A stretch of 43,888 bases of DNA, filler included, from Archaeoglobus sp. JdFR-37 (GTDB taxonomy: Archaea > Halobacteriota > Archaeoglobi > Archaeoglobales > Archaeoglobaceae): the NCBI GenBank assembly GCA_002010215.1. It is 8 parts of 8 records of this genome, joined end to end, with 100 filler letters (N's around TTAATTAATTAA, not from the genome) between each part and the next. Parts side by side here need not be neighbours in the genome. Positions count along the whole stretch, not along the records: positions 1 to 11,707 come from MTMY01000022.1; 7 more parts are not named here. One strand, given 5' to 3'. Under the pieces are notes generated by a model that saw only the letters and a program-made list of their open reading frames with translations, did no database searches and was not told the DNA's origin. This document shows, piece after piece, positions 1-8,856 of this stretch (the stretch's first letter is position 1; each line of letters starts with the position of its first letter). The position numbers and the translations under genes are program-made.

Positions 1-909
1 CTCAGAGAAATCAAGCCGGACATCATTTACCTTGCATTCTCAGCCTACGGCCACTTCGGGCCAAAAGCTAGGGAGTTTGCCAAGGTGCCTGACTCCAACC
101 TCCTAGGAGTTTCCATGTCGGGCTACATGATGGCAAATCGCGAACTTCCTGAAGCGGGGGAGCCCTACAACCTGCCAACCGCTCCCGGCTTCTGGATGGC
201 CACAAATCTCGCCGGGATATATGGCGCTGCTGGCGTTGTATTGGCACTCTATTACAGGCTGAAGACAGGCAAAGGGCAGATGATTGATGTAACATCCATA
301 GAAGCAATGAATAAAGTCACACTACAGCTCATCTGGAGCCATGCGTTCAATGAACCCATAAACGTTGGAGTTCTGCCTTTAGATTACGCTGTCTTTCCTT
401 ATGCTTACTGGCGAACTAAAGATGGTTATGTCTTTGCCGCAGGCTTCACAGATCCCAATTTCAAGGCTCTCGTAACCCAGCTCGGCAGAGAAGACCTCAT
501 TGAGAAGTATCCCAACGTGTTCGCCAGAATAAAGCTTGAAAACCAGAAGGTGCTTTACGAAGAGTTGCAGAAGGAGTTTGAAAAGTACACATTCGCAGAG
601 CTTGTTGAAAAAATGCTGAAATGGAGAGACGAAGGTAGAGAAGGAGTTGCAGTATATTCAAAAATAACCACACCCAAGGAGGTTTTGGAAGAGGGCTACT
701 GGAGGGAGAGAGAGGTTTTCCGAGAGATAGTGGACAGGAGATATGGTGAAATTACAGTCATCAATCCGGTCTGGAAACTCAGTCAGACACCACTGAAACT
801 CAAATGGCTGGCAAAGAAGGCTGGAGAGGATAATTACTTCCTCTATAAGAAGTTTCTGGGCCTCGGAAGGAAAGAACTTGGAGATCTTAAAAATGCAGGA
901 ATAATTTAA
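1..909 (+). CDS. Family III (CaiB/BaiF) CoA-transferase, second subunit, 3' part (5' part is at 31937..32373)
   Basis: The frame is open from base 1 (LREIKPDIIYLAFSAYGHFGP...), with CaiB motifs KTGKGQMIDV and NPVWKLSQTP. Bases 1..35 are identical to 32339..32373. Confidence 0.9.
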   Translation, partial: LREIKPDIIYLAFSAYGHFGPKAREFAKVPDSNLLGVSMSGYMMANRELPEAGEPYNLPTAPGFWMATNLAGIYGAAGVVLALYYRLKTGKGQMIDVTSIEAMNKVTLQLIWSHAFNEPINVGVLPLDYAVFPYAYWRTKDGYVFAAGFTDPNFKALVTQLGREDLIEKYPNVFARIKLENQKVLYEELQKEFEKYTFAELVEKMLKWRDEGREGVAVYSKITTPKEVLEEGYWREREVFREIVDRRYGEITVINPVWKLSQTPLKLKWLAKKAGEDNYFLYKKFLGLGRKELGDLKNAGII

Positions 910-941
910 AAATTTTTATTTTTTCTTTTTCAGGTTTACCT

Positions 942-1454
942 CTATAGGCTTTTTAGATACTTATCCAGCTCCTCAGCGAAAACACCATAAATGTCAGAGT
1001 GTTTCTTCACCCTCTCCGTGAATTGAAATACCCACTCCTTCAGCCTCTTTACGAACTCCCCATCCCCTGTTATGGCCAGAAAATCCAGTTCGACACTGAT
1101 ATGATCAGGAGGTTCACTTTCATGGATATACTTCAGCCCATGAGCCTCATAAATCTCCCGCACCTCAACAGATGAGTTTCCGTAAACAAGACCCTCCCGG
1201 TAATAGGACTCATAGGGCGGGCAGAGGAGTGTTGGGAATGTAGAAACAAAGAGTCTTGTGTATTCCGTCTGGAGCTCCTCCAGATCCGTGCTGACAAATC
1301 GCTCAAGAATCCCTTTGAGCTCAGGGAATCCGTCGGCAATCCACTTTATTTCCTCCATCACTTCCTCACTGGGATACGAAAAAATTAGTGAAAAAAGTTT
1401 GAAGTAATTTTTGGGATGGCTCTTTAAACTCTCTAAATTCTTCATTTTCTTCAT
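942..1454 (-). CDS. TorD/NarJ/DmsD-family redox-enzyme maturation chaperone
   Basis: Motifs EYTRLF, PPYESYY and EPPDHISVELDFL. The ATG at 1454 overlaps the stop of the upstream NrfD gene (ATGA), so the track start at 1643 is too long. Confidence 0.9.
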   Translation of the reverse strand: MKKMKNLESLKSHPKNYFKLFSLIFSYPSEEVMEEIKWIADGFPELKGILERFVSTDLEELQTEYTRLFVSTFPTLLCPPYESYYREGLVYGNSSVEVREIYEAHGLKYIHESEPPDHISVELDFLAITGDGEFVKRLKEWVFQFTERVKKHSDIYGVFAEELDKYLKSL

Positions 1455-2725
1455 TGAGACCCCTGTGGATATACGGGCAGTGCTCTCAGCATACCTAGCA
1501 GTACTAGCGAGATTATGGCAAACACTCCTATCGTTATTGCAATTTCTATCAGAGAGGGTACGTAATTCCAGTAGGCAGTAAAGACTGGCTGTGGATTCAT
1601 CAGTGTGCCTCTGATATCCCCCACTGCTATCGGGTAAGACCATTCAAAGGATTCAATTCCAAGAACTACTGGAACCCTAAGAGGTATGATGTTGTAGGCA
1701 GGTGGAATCAGTAGGTATCTGTGGGCAAGTATGCCTATGTTCACTGCAAGACTTCCTGCAACAAGACCGCCGACGCTATTGTAGCGTGTTGCCAGAATGA
1801 ACGTTCCAAGCAGCATGAATATGATTTCCACAGCATGTATTGCTAGGTAATCCCTGAACACCAGCATGATTGTGTCAAATTCCCTGCCAGCATCCCACCA
1901 TTGCCTTACGAAGAAATCGTTGTAGTACATGAAGAGAAGTGCCACAACAGAGAAGGCTGACACTTTAGCCAGCAAGCGATACGCATCCTGCAGGTCTTTC
2001 CTGTATCCATACACTATGAGGGATGCAAGTATGACTACTGCCGGACCTGCTGTCAGGGCTGCAGCGATGAAAGTGGGGGCAAGCAGACCACCATACCACC
2101 ACGGTCTTGAAAGTTGGGTTGCCAAAACCCATGCCGTTACAGTATGGATGAGTATAGCGAAAGGCAAAGCGATTGGAGCAAGTATTTTGGCACGCCTTTC
2201 AGATTCCTTCTCAAGCCTCTGGATCTCTTCAGCAGTCATATCCCTTTTCATAACAGTTCCCACAAAAGGAATGCTGATACCACTAGCGGCGATTTTCGGT
2301 CTGAGCAGGACGAAGGTGTAGATTGCGGACAGTATCGCATAGGTTGAGAGGATTATAAAGTCCCAGAGAATCAAGGATTTGAAGTTGGGATAGATGAACA
2401 GGTTAAGGAGTCTGTCGGGTCTACCAATATCAGGTAGAGCCATCAGCATTGCAGCCACTGCGAATATGAAGGCCGTAACAGAGGCCACTGGAGCTATAGG
2501 CTTCAGCTGTTTAACGCCGAAGATGTAGATTGCCGACGACACCACAAGACCACCGGCAGCCGTACCGACGTAGAATGCCCACATTGCAATATAGAGACCC
2601 CATGTGAATGGATTGCGCATATTGGTGAGTATCAGCCCCCTCTGAAGCTGCATGATCCACGCTACAATTCCTATGAGTGCCAGTACTGCAAGCACTGCAA
2701 TAGCCAGATCAAACTTTCTTTTCAT
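1451..2725 (-). CDS. NrfD/PsrC-family membrane anchor of the molybdoenzyme complex
   Basis: Polytopic protein with WGLYIA..FYVG.AAGG, DIGRPDR and IHTVTAW...RPWW. GAGGAGGTG RBS precedes ATG 2725. Confidence 0.9.
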   Translation of the reverse strand: MKRKFDLAIAVLAVLALIGIVAWIMQLQRGLILTNMRNPFTWGLYIAMWAFYVGTAAGGLVVSSAIYIFGVKQLKPIAPVASVTAFIFAVAAMLMALPDIGRPDRLLNLFIYPNFKSLILWDFIILSTYAILSAIYTFVLLRPKIAASGISIPFVGTVMKRDMTAEEIQRLEKESERRAKILAPIALPFAILIHTVTAWVLATQLSRPWWYGGLLAPTFIAAALTAGPAVVILASLIVYGYRKDLQDAYRLLAKVSAFSVVALLFMYYNDFFVRQWWDAGREFDTIMLVFRDYLAIHAVEIIFMLLGTFILATRYNSVGGLVAGSLAVNIGILAHRYLLIPPAYNIIPLRVPVVLGIESFEWSYPIAVGDIRGTLMNPQPVFTAYWNYVPSLIEIAITIGVFAIISLVLLGMLRALPVYPQGSQ

Positions 2726-3458
2726 AATTAACACCTCCTCTACCCTCCTTCCTGGCAGGAGGTATGTAGAACACCTTTGGTTCGGTTCCTAAATCCTCAA
2801 GAAGTCTGAAAGTTGAGCGATCTTTCAACACCTTTGAGATCTCGCTGTTTGGATCATCAAGGTCTCCGAATACCCTGGCATTTCCTGGGCAGCCCCTGAC
2901 GCATGCTGGTGCAATTCCCTGATCAACAAACTGTACGCAGAAGGTGCACTTTTCAACGACACCTCTCGGCCTAGTTTTGGTATAAACAAGTCTGCCATCC
3001 TTCGTCCTGTGATCTATGGGATATCCATACTTGTAATCTGAGGGCTTGTACCAGTTCTCTTCGAAGCCAGCAACCTCAAATCCCTGCTTTATGTTCTCAT
3101 CAGCATCCTGCCAGTTGAACTGCCTGACACCATAGGGACATGCGGTAAGGCAGTACCTGCAACCGATGCATCGCTCGAAATCAACCAGCACAAGTCCATC
3201 TTCTCTCTTCCATGTGGCACCAACAGGACAGACCTTCACGCAGGGCGGGTTCTCGCAGTGCATACATGGAACCGGCAGGAAAACTTCTGAGAGGTTGGGA
3301 TACTCTCCTGTTGGCACCATGTGCTCTTTCGATCCCACTGTCTCAACCCTTTGCCACCAGGTACCAGTAGGAACGGAGTTCACCATCTTGCATACAACTG
3401 CACAGCTCCGGCAACCGATGCAGCGGTTAAGATCAATAACCATGCCGTATCTGACCAT
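2709..3458 (-). CDS. 4Fe-4S electron-transfer beta subunit (DmsB/NrfC/PsrB type)
   Basis: Four Cys groups: CIGCRSC..C, CMHCENPPC..C, CIGCRYC..C and KCTFC...PACVRGCP. Confidence 0.93.
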   Translation of the reverse strand: MVRYGMVIDLNRCIGCRSCAVVCKMVNSVPTGTWWQRVETVGSKEHMVPTGEYPNLSEVFLPVPCMHCENPPCVKVCPVGATWKREDGLVLVDFERCIGCRYCLTACPYGVRQFNWQDADENIKQGFEVAGFEENWYKPSDYKYGYPIDHRTKDGRLVYTKTRPRGVVEKCTFCVQFVDQGIAPACVRGCPGNARVFGDLDDPNSEISKVLKDRSTFRLLEDLGTEPKVFYIPPARKEGRGGVNYEKKV

Positions 3459-3468
3459 TTACACCACC

Positions 3469-6180
3469 TCACACCTTCCTGACATCGCATGCCGCCTCAT
3501 TCCATGCAGTGGTTGGCTCCCAGATTCCCGGGACGAAGTATGTCAGATGCGTTGCCTTAACCCATGGATAGGTCAGCGTATTGTAGGATGTGCCCTTCAG
3601 ATACCTGCTCCACCATCCCTGCTCGAAGATTATGACCCTCGGATGTATGCCCTTATCGAGAACAGCATATCCGTAAACCCTGCCCCTGTCGTTGTAAACC
3701 TCAACGAGGTCTCCTTCCTTAATGCCTTTCTCTTGGGCAGTCTCAGGACTCATCCATACTCTCGGCCTGAAGTCCTGCAGTTCAAGCATGGTAATGTTGT
3801 TGCTGTGGGTGGAATGGACTCTGTAAAGGGCGTTTCTGGTAATGTAAGCGTATTTGTACTTGTTCTTGGCCTCAGGATTCCTCTTGTACTCTGTATCCAC
3901 AAACGGATCCTTATGTACGGGGAGCATCTCACCGAAGTCTATGAAGACATCTTCATCCTTGTAGAACTCCATCCTGCCGCTTTTGACGAATCTGGCAGTC
4001 TTCGGCAGCGGTGCCGGGAATGATGGTGGTGGAAATGGCTTTTTGAGCTGTATTTGCTCCCAGAATGGAATCTGTCTTTTGTTTGGTGCTGGAAGATTGA
4101 GTCTGACTGCTCCTTCCTTCAGCAGCCTGTCAAGGGTTATGCCCTCAACCAGTTCGCCACCCTTTTCAAGCATCAGCTTCGTCGCTTCAAGAGATGCTTC
4201 GTTTGCGATTTCTCTGGCAAGTTTCAGATTCCAAGTACCGTTTCTCCTGGCCTCTTCCTCCTTTCTGAAGAGCTCGGGATCAGGATAGAACTCCTCTATA
4301 CTCCTCCTGAGTTCTTCATCACCCACTCTCTCAACCAGCCTCTTCGCAATTTCCTTGAAAATCCATATTTCAGGCATGCATTCGAAGAGTGGCTCTATTG
4401 CAGGTTGCTGAAGCTGCACGTATGGGTGCAGAATAGTAGCTGTTAGCTCCCACTTTTCGTACCACGCAACGCCCGGAAGAACAACGTCGGCCCATTTAGT
4501 CGAGGTTGTCTGCTGGAAATCTATTGCCAAGATGAAGTCCAGCTCATTGTTTGTGGCCATCTCTTTGAGTCTGTTCGACATGTTATGCTGGTCAAAGGGA
4601 TTGTTCCATCCGAAGACGAATGCTTTAACGTCGTTCTTCGGATATGGTGTTTCTCTGTTGTACTTCCTGAACTCCTGGCTCTGCCTGTACTCTCTGTTCA
4701 TCCATAGCAGATAGGTTACCCACTTGGGCTTTCTGCCCTTGAAAGACCACCAGGCTCCCAGAGGCCATCTTATTTTGAACTGTCCTGCATAGGTGGATAT
4801 CCCTGCTCCGGACTTGCCTATGTTTCCTGTCAGAGCCACGATTAAGGATAAAGCTCTTCCTTTCAGATCTCCATGGAACCACTGGTAGTTGCTGGCTCCG
4901 TAAACTATGTGGAGCGGCTTTGTCGTTGCCATCTCCCTTGCAATTCTCCTTACCATCACTGCATATTCGCTCTTGCTCCTTCCCGGCGGTGTTATGATTT
5001 CGGCAACCTTTTCAGGTGTGTAGTCCTTTGTAACGAGTTCCTTGATAAGCTGGAAGACCGGCTTAACTCTTACCCTGCTCCCATCTACAAGCTCAACCTC
5101 GAATTCTCCTTCGAGAGCTGGCTCGAAATTCCTATCTAGCGTTTCAGGATTCACAATCGTGAAGCCCTTGCTGACGTCGTAAATTACGAAGAGATCTCTG
5201 TATTCTGGAATCTCTTTCTTCATTTTTTCAGCCTGCTCTTTAAGCCCCTTGACCTCGTAGGCCTTCAGCTTCTTCTGGTTGTCCAGTCTAACAAGTAGAG
5301 GCATGTCAGTGTATGTTTTGATGAAGTCCTCCTCATAGAGCTTCTCATTGATTATCACATTCACGATGCCGAGAGCTAGGGCTGCATCCGTAGAAGGATT
5401 GATCTGAATCCATTCATCAGCTTTCGCTGCTGTTGGTGTGAAGTTCATGTCAACCATTATTACCTTGGCTCCCCTCTCCTTGGCAATACTCAGGAACTTG
5501 GCGTCTGGCAATCTTGTAACGAGTATGTTGGAGCCGAAGATGGCGATGTAGCGGGAATTAATCCACTCTAGCGACTCAAACTCCTCTGTCTGTACTCCAA
5601 AGGTTTGAGACCAGAAGGCTGGCAGGTCGCCATTCATTGTATAGCCGTGCAACACACTCCAGCCGAACATTGAGGCAAGCCTTATCGCTGCTCCCTTGTG
5701 CACGTAACCTGTTCCTGGCACCTGAATCGACAATGCAATGCTCTCCGGGCCGTACTTCTTTATTATCTCTGCAAGCTTGTCAGCTACGTAATCCAGAGCT
5801 TCATCCCAGCTCACAGCCTTGAATTTCCCTTCACCTCTCTTGCCCACCCTTATCAACGGCTTCTTCAGTCTGTCCGGCCCGTAAATGAGGTTCAGCATTG
5901 ACTGGCCTTTCAAACAGCCTCTCGGGTTGTATTCAGCCTCTGGATAATCGGCTGCCTGTATCAAAGACACTATCCTGCCTTTGTATACCATTGCATTGTA
6001 TGCACAAGCTCCTGTGCAGTTGGGAGAACAGGTGGACCTAATAAGCTCTATTTTACCATTGTTCATCTCTGCAGAACGGGCAATTTCGAAATATCTAGAT
6101 CCGACACCGATGGTTCCTGCTGTTGCTGCCAATGCACAGAGTTTCACAAAGCCCCTACGAGTTAAGTTCATCGATTTCAC
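3469..6180 (-). CDS. Tat-exported molybdo-bis-PGD oxidoreductase alpha subunit, DMSO reductase family type II (Nar/Pcr-like)
   Basis: Twin-arginine signal TRRGFVK, FS0 motif CSPNCTGAC...PRGCLKG, putative Asp ligand in NGDLP, and C-terminal RVHSTH cofactor-binding domain. Alternative ATG at 6171. Confidence 0.9.
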   Translation of the reverse strand: MKSMNLTRRGFVKLCALAATAGTIGVGSRYFEIARSAEMNNGKIELIRSTCSPNCTGACAYNAMVYKGRIVSLIQAADYPEAEYNPRGCLKGQSMLNLIYGPDRLKKPLIRVGKRGEGKFKAVSWDEALDYVADKLAEIIKKYGPESIALSIQVPGTGYVHKGAAIRLASMFGWSVLHGYTMNGDLPAFWSQTFGVQTEEFESLEWINSRYIAIFGSNILVTRLPDAKFLSIAKERGAKVIMVDMNFTPTAAKADEWIQINPSTDAALALGIVNVIINEKLYEEDFIKTYTDMPLLVRLDNQKKLKAYEVKGLKEQAEKMKKEIPEYRDLFVIYDVSKGFTIVNPETLDRNFEPALEGEFEVELVDGSRVRVKPVFQLIKELVTKDYTPEKVAEIITPPGRSKSEYAVMVRRIAREMATTKPLHIVYGASNYQWFHGDLKGRALSLIVALTGNIGKSGAGISTYAGQFKIRWPLGAWWSFKGRKPKWVTYLLWMNREYRQSQEFRKYNRETPYPKNDVKAFVFGWNNPFDQHNMSNRLKEMATNNELDFILAIDFQQTTSTKWADVVLPGVAWYEKWELTATILHPYVQLQQPAIEPLFECMPEIWIFKEIAKRLVERVGDEELRRSIEEFYPDPELFRKEEEARRNGTWNLKLAREIANEASLEATKLMLEKGGELVEGITLDRLLKEGAVRLNLPAPNKRQIPFWEQIQLKKPFPPPSFPAPLPKTARFVKSGRMEFYKDEDVFIDFGEMLPVHKDPFVDTEYKRNPEAKNKYKYAYITRNALYRVHSTHSNNITMLELQDFRPRVWMSPETAQEKGIKEGDLVEVYNDRGRVYGYAVLDKGIHPRVIIFEQGWWSRYLKGTSYNTLTYPWVKATHLTYFVPGIWEPTTAWNEAACDVRKV

Positions 6181-6457
6181 CCCATTGGAAATTACGAGCT
6201 AGTTCGTTTTTAAAATTTACGGTTTTATCTCAGTTTCAGACAGCTATTTTAAAAAATTAGCTTTTTACCAATAAACGATAAACATAGTATCTGATGTACC
6301 AGGTGTAAACCTTTAAATTATAAATTAAAATGATTTATAATTGAAAAATGATACGGGGCATTGCGCAGTTTTAGACATGATAATTTCGGCAAAATTCGTA
6401 GAATAAATTCATTTCGTTTTTGCCAAAATAGCCTCCAATAGAATTCATGATAAAATC

Positions 6458-6487
6458 TAAATAAGTTAACGTTTACGTAAACGTTAA
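6458..6487 (+). promoter_or_regulatory. TATA-like box (6458..6465) followed by a perfect 22-bp palindromic operator TTAACGTTTACGTAAACGTTAA (6466..6487)
   Basis: Exact self-complementary 22-mer ending on the A of the regulator's ATG. It resembles the LiuR operator of proteobacteria. Confidence 0.8.
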
Positions 6488-6891
6488 TGAAAGAGAAAAA
6501 AGAGTACACCATATCTGAACTGGCGAAGGAATTCGATATCAGCCCAAGAACAATCAGATACTACGAAGAGATAGGACTGCTATCTCCGAAAAGAACGAAA
6601 GGAAATCAGAGGATTTTTTCCAGAAAGGACAGGGCAAGACTTAAGCTTATTCTCAGGGGAAAGAGGCTTGGGTTCAGCCTTGAGGAGATCAGAGAAATGG
6701 TAGAGATGTATGAAGTTAGCGAGCCAGAGCAGATTAGAGTCACGCTGAAATATGGTGACAAGAGGCTTAAAGAGATTGAAGAGAGAATTCAAGAGCTTGA
6801 AATGTTGAAAGAGGATTTGCTTGCCATCAGAGAGCGTTTGATTGAGAGGTTGAAGGAGCTTGAAGGTAAAGAGGGTAAGAAGGAAAAGTAG
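6487..6891 (+). CDS. liuR: MerR-family transcriptional regulator, LiuR-like
   Basis: YTISELAKEFDISPRTIRYYEEIGLLSP...DRARLKLILRGKRLGFSLEEI, followed directly by an acyl-CoA dehydrogenase. Confidence 0.8.
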   Translation: MKEKKEYTISELAKEFDISPRTIRYYEEIGLLSPKRTKGNQRIFSRKDRARLKLILRGKRLGFSLEEIREMVEMYEVSEPEQIRVTLKYGDKRLKEIEERIQELEMLKEDLLAIRERLIERLKELEGKEGKKEK

Positions 6892-6902
6892 GAGGTGGAG
6901 TT

Positions 6903-8147
6903 GTGATTGAAAACGATTTTTTGAGTACTGAAGAGGAAATAAAACTGAGGGAAGAAGTGAAGGATTTTGTGAGGAGTGTGGATCCGGAGCTTCTCAGAAA
7001 GATGGACAGAAATGAAATTGACTATCCTTTCGAGTTTCTGCACGAAGCTGCGAAACGCAACCTGCTCGGGCTGAGATTCCCTGAAGAGTACGGTGGTAGA
7101 GGGATGACCTGGAGCGCGGAGATGGTGGCGATGGAAGAAATAGGTGTTCTAGGTATGGGTCTGGGATGCAGCTATGCCATGCCCAGCATTGTTGGCGAAG
7201 CCATCTACCGCTTCGGTCAGGAATGGCAGAAAGAGGAGTTTCTGAAGCCGGTGATAAAGGGAGAAAAGCTGTCAGCAGAGGGGCTAACGGAGCCAAGAGG
7301 AGGCAGTGACTTCTTTGGAACCACGACAAAGGCTGAGAAGAAAGGTAAAGTTTGGGTGCTGAACGGGATGAAAAGGTTCATAGCCGGCGGGAAGGTTGCT
7401 GATTTCTATCTCATATATGCCAGAACTGACCCGAACGCCCCTGGCCACAAGGCACTGACGGCTTTTATTGTGGAAAGAGATATGGGTGTTGAAGTGGAGG
7501 AGCTCTACAACCTTCTGGGCTTCAGGGGGATGGGGACTGCAAGAATAGTTTTCAAGGACTTGGAGGTTCCAGATGAGTACAGAGTTGGAGAGGTAAATGG
7601 TGCAAGGGTGATCTTCAACAGGATGATGGTTCCGGAGAGGCTCACCTCTGCTGCTGGAGCTGTTGGAACTGCAAGGGCGGCTCTTGAAGTTGCTATAAAG
7701 TATTCCACAAAGAGAAAGGCCTTCGGGACGCAAATAAGAAACTTCCAAGGTGTGAACTTCAAGGTTGCAGAATGCATGGCAAAGCTTGACGCTGCAAGGG
7801 CCCTCGTTTACACCGCCGCAAGAGCTGCTGATGCGGCAGATTCTGGAATGCCTGTTGATCCGCGAAGAGTGGTGAGTGAGGCAAAGTATTTCGCAACGGA
7901 GGTTGGATGGGAAGTTGTCAATGAAGCTATGCAGATAATGGGCGGAATCGGATACACCCAAGTTTACCCCATCGAGAGACTGCTGAGGGACATGCGTCTC
8001 GCCCCAATATGGACTGGAAGCAACGAGATAATGAAGCTGCTCATACAGCACGAGACATACAAGATGATCGGTGAGGCGAAAAAGGACAGGGACATCGAGA
8101 AGGATGCCATGGACTGGTACAAGGAGTGGGAGAAGGTTTACGAGTGA
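6903..8147 (+). CDS. Acyl-CoA dehydrogenase
   Basis: PEEYGG, LTEPRGGSD, LNGMKRFI, RKAFG and QIMGGIGY...IERLLRD. GGAGGTG RBS. Confidence 0.95.
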   Translation: MIENDFLSTEEEIKLREEVKDFVRSVDPELLRKMDRNEIDYPFEFLHEAAKRNLLGLRFPEEYGGRGMTWSAEMVAMEEIGVLGMGLGCSYAMPSIVGEAIYRFGQEWQKEEFLKPVIKGEKLSAEGLTEPRGGSDFFGTTTKAEKKGKVWVLNGMKRFIAGGKVADFYLIYARTDPNAPGHKALTAFIVERDMGVEVEELYNLLGFRGMGTARIVFKDLEVPDEYRVGEVNGARVIFNRMMVPERLTSAAGAVGTARAALEVAIKYSTKRKAFGTQIRNFQGVNFKVAECMAKLDAARALVYTAARAADAADSGMPVDPRRVVSEAKYFATEVGWEVVNEAMQIMGGIGYTQVYPIERLLRDMRLAPIWTGSNEIMKLLIQHETYKMIGEAKKDRDIEKDAMDWYKEWEKVYE

Positions 8148-8192
8148 TTTTTTATAGTTTTTATCTTTGTCAATTATTTTTTACTCAGTTTC

Positions 8193-8213
8193 TTATCCCG
8201 CCCACCCGGCCCC
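8193..8213. repeat. Short C-rich intergenic motif, copy 1 (copy 2 at 29485..29505)
   Basis: TTATCCCGCCCACCCGGCCCC versus TTATCCCATCCACCCGACCCC, 18 of 21 identical. Confidence 0.4.
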
Positions 8214-8265
8214 GCCTCTGTCCCTGAGCTTCACTTGTGTATAATCTCCCACCCTATCCACTCTA

Positions 8266-8775
8266 TCAAAACCTGCTCCTTCTGTGATCCTTGTGGGTCT
8301 TCCCACCTATGAATGCCTTGAATGCATCAACCATTATTCCATGCTTGTTCAGCCAGGCCAGAAACCTGTCGCTCTCTGCCATAGCCTCATCCAGCCCCCT
8401 GAACCTGACGATGATGCAGAGGTTAAACTCGCTACCAACTATCTCGAAGACGTTTTCCACATAATCAAGCCCCTCAAGATGTCGGATGAGCTTTCTCATG
8501 CCATCCCTGTCATTATGCATGGCCAGCAGAACAACACCTATTGTGTCGAGGCCAATTTTCCGGTAATCTACCTGCCATACACCTTTTTTAACCTCTCTAA
8601 TGAGGCCTTTCTCTTCTAGAACCTTCATTCTGTTGTAAACGGTTTTTGTTGAAACGCCGAGCTCCTCAGCAATCTCATCCTGGGTTTTGCTGTTCATAAC
8701 CCCCTCGATGATTTTCCTGTTCATTGAATCTCTCAGCTCGTCTATTTCTCTTATCTCGTAATAATCATCTATCAT
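8266..8775 (-). CDS. Lrp/AsnC-family transcriptional regulator
   Basis: N-terminal wHTH (TQDEIAEELGVSTKTVYNRMKVLEEKGLI), VDYRKIG linker and RAM-like C-terminus. Divergent from the HAD-ECH gene. Confidence 0.85.
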   Translation of the reverse strand: MIDDYYEIREIDELRDSMNRKIIEGVMNSKTQDEIAEELGVSTKTVYNRMKVLEEKGLIREVKKGVWQVDYRKIGLDTIGVVLLAMHNDRDGMRKLIRHLEGLDYVENVFEIVGSEFNLCIIVRFRGLDEAMAESDRFLAWLNKHGIMVDAFKAFIGGKTHKDHRRSRF

Positions 8776-8856
8776 ATTTCGAATTAAAAGAACAAAAACT
8801 GATAAATTTTTCTGATATTTCGAAATAATTAAGTAAGGTTAAGACTAGTTGCTCTG

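Noticed and set aside
1455..1643. N-terminal extensions in track ORFs (chaperone; also manC 20829, SCP2 27578, 38612)
   Set aside because: Better starts exist downstream, supported by RBS, TATA spacing, gene coupling or family N-termini.
3166..4446. Long antisense ORFs (also 7284..8051, 10053..10745, 25745..26695, 26992..27690, 40759..41259)
   Set aside because: Shadow frames opposite well-supported genes, with no motifs.
8800..8830. Possible shared operator between the Lrp/HAD-ECH intergenic region and the SCP2 upstream region (about 27597..27617)
   Set aside because: Similarity is limited to AT-rich TCAGAAAAA and is too weak to support.
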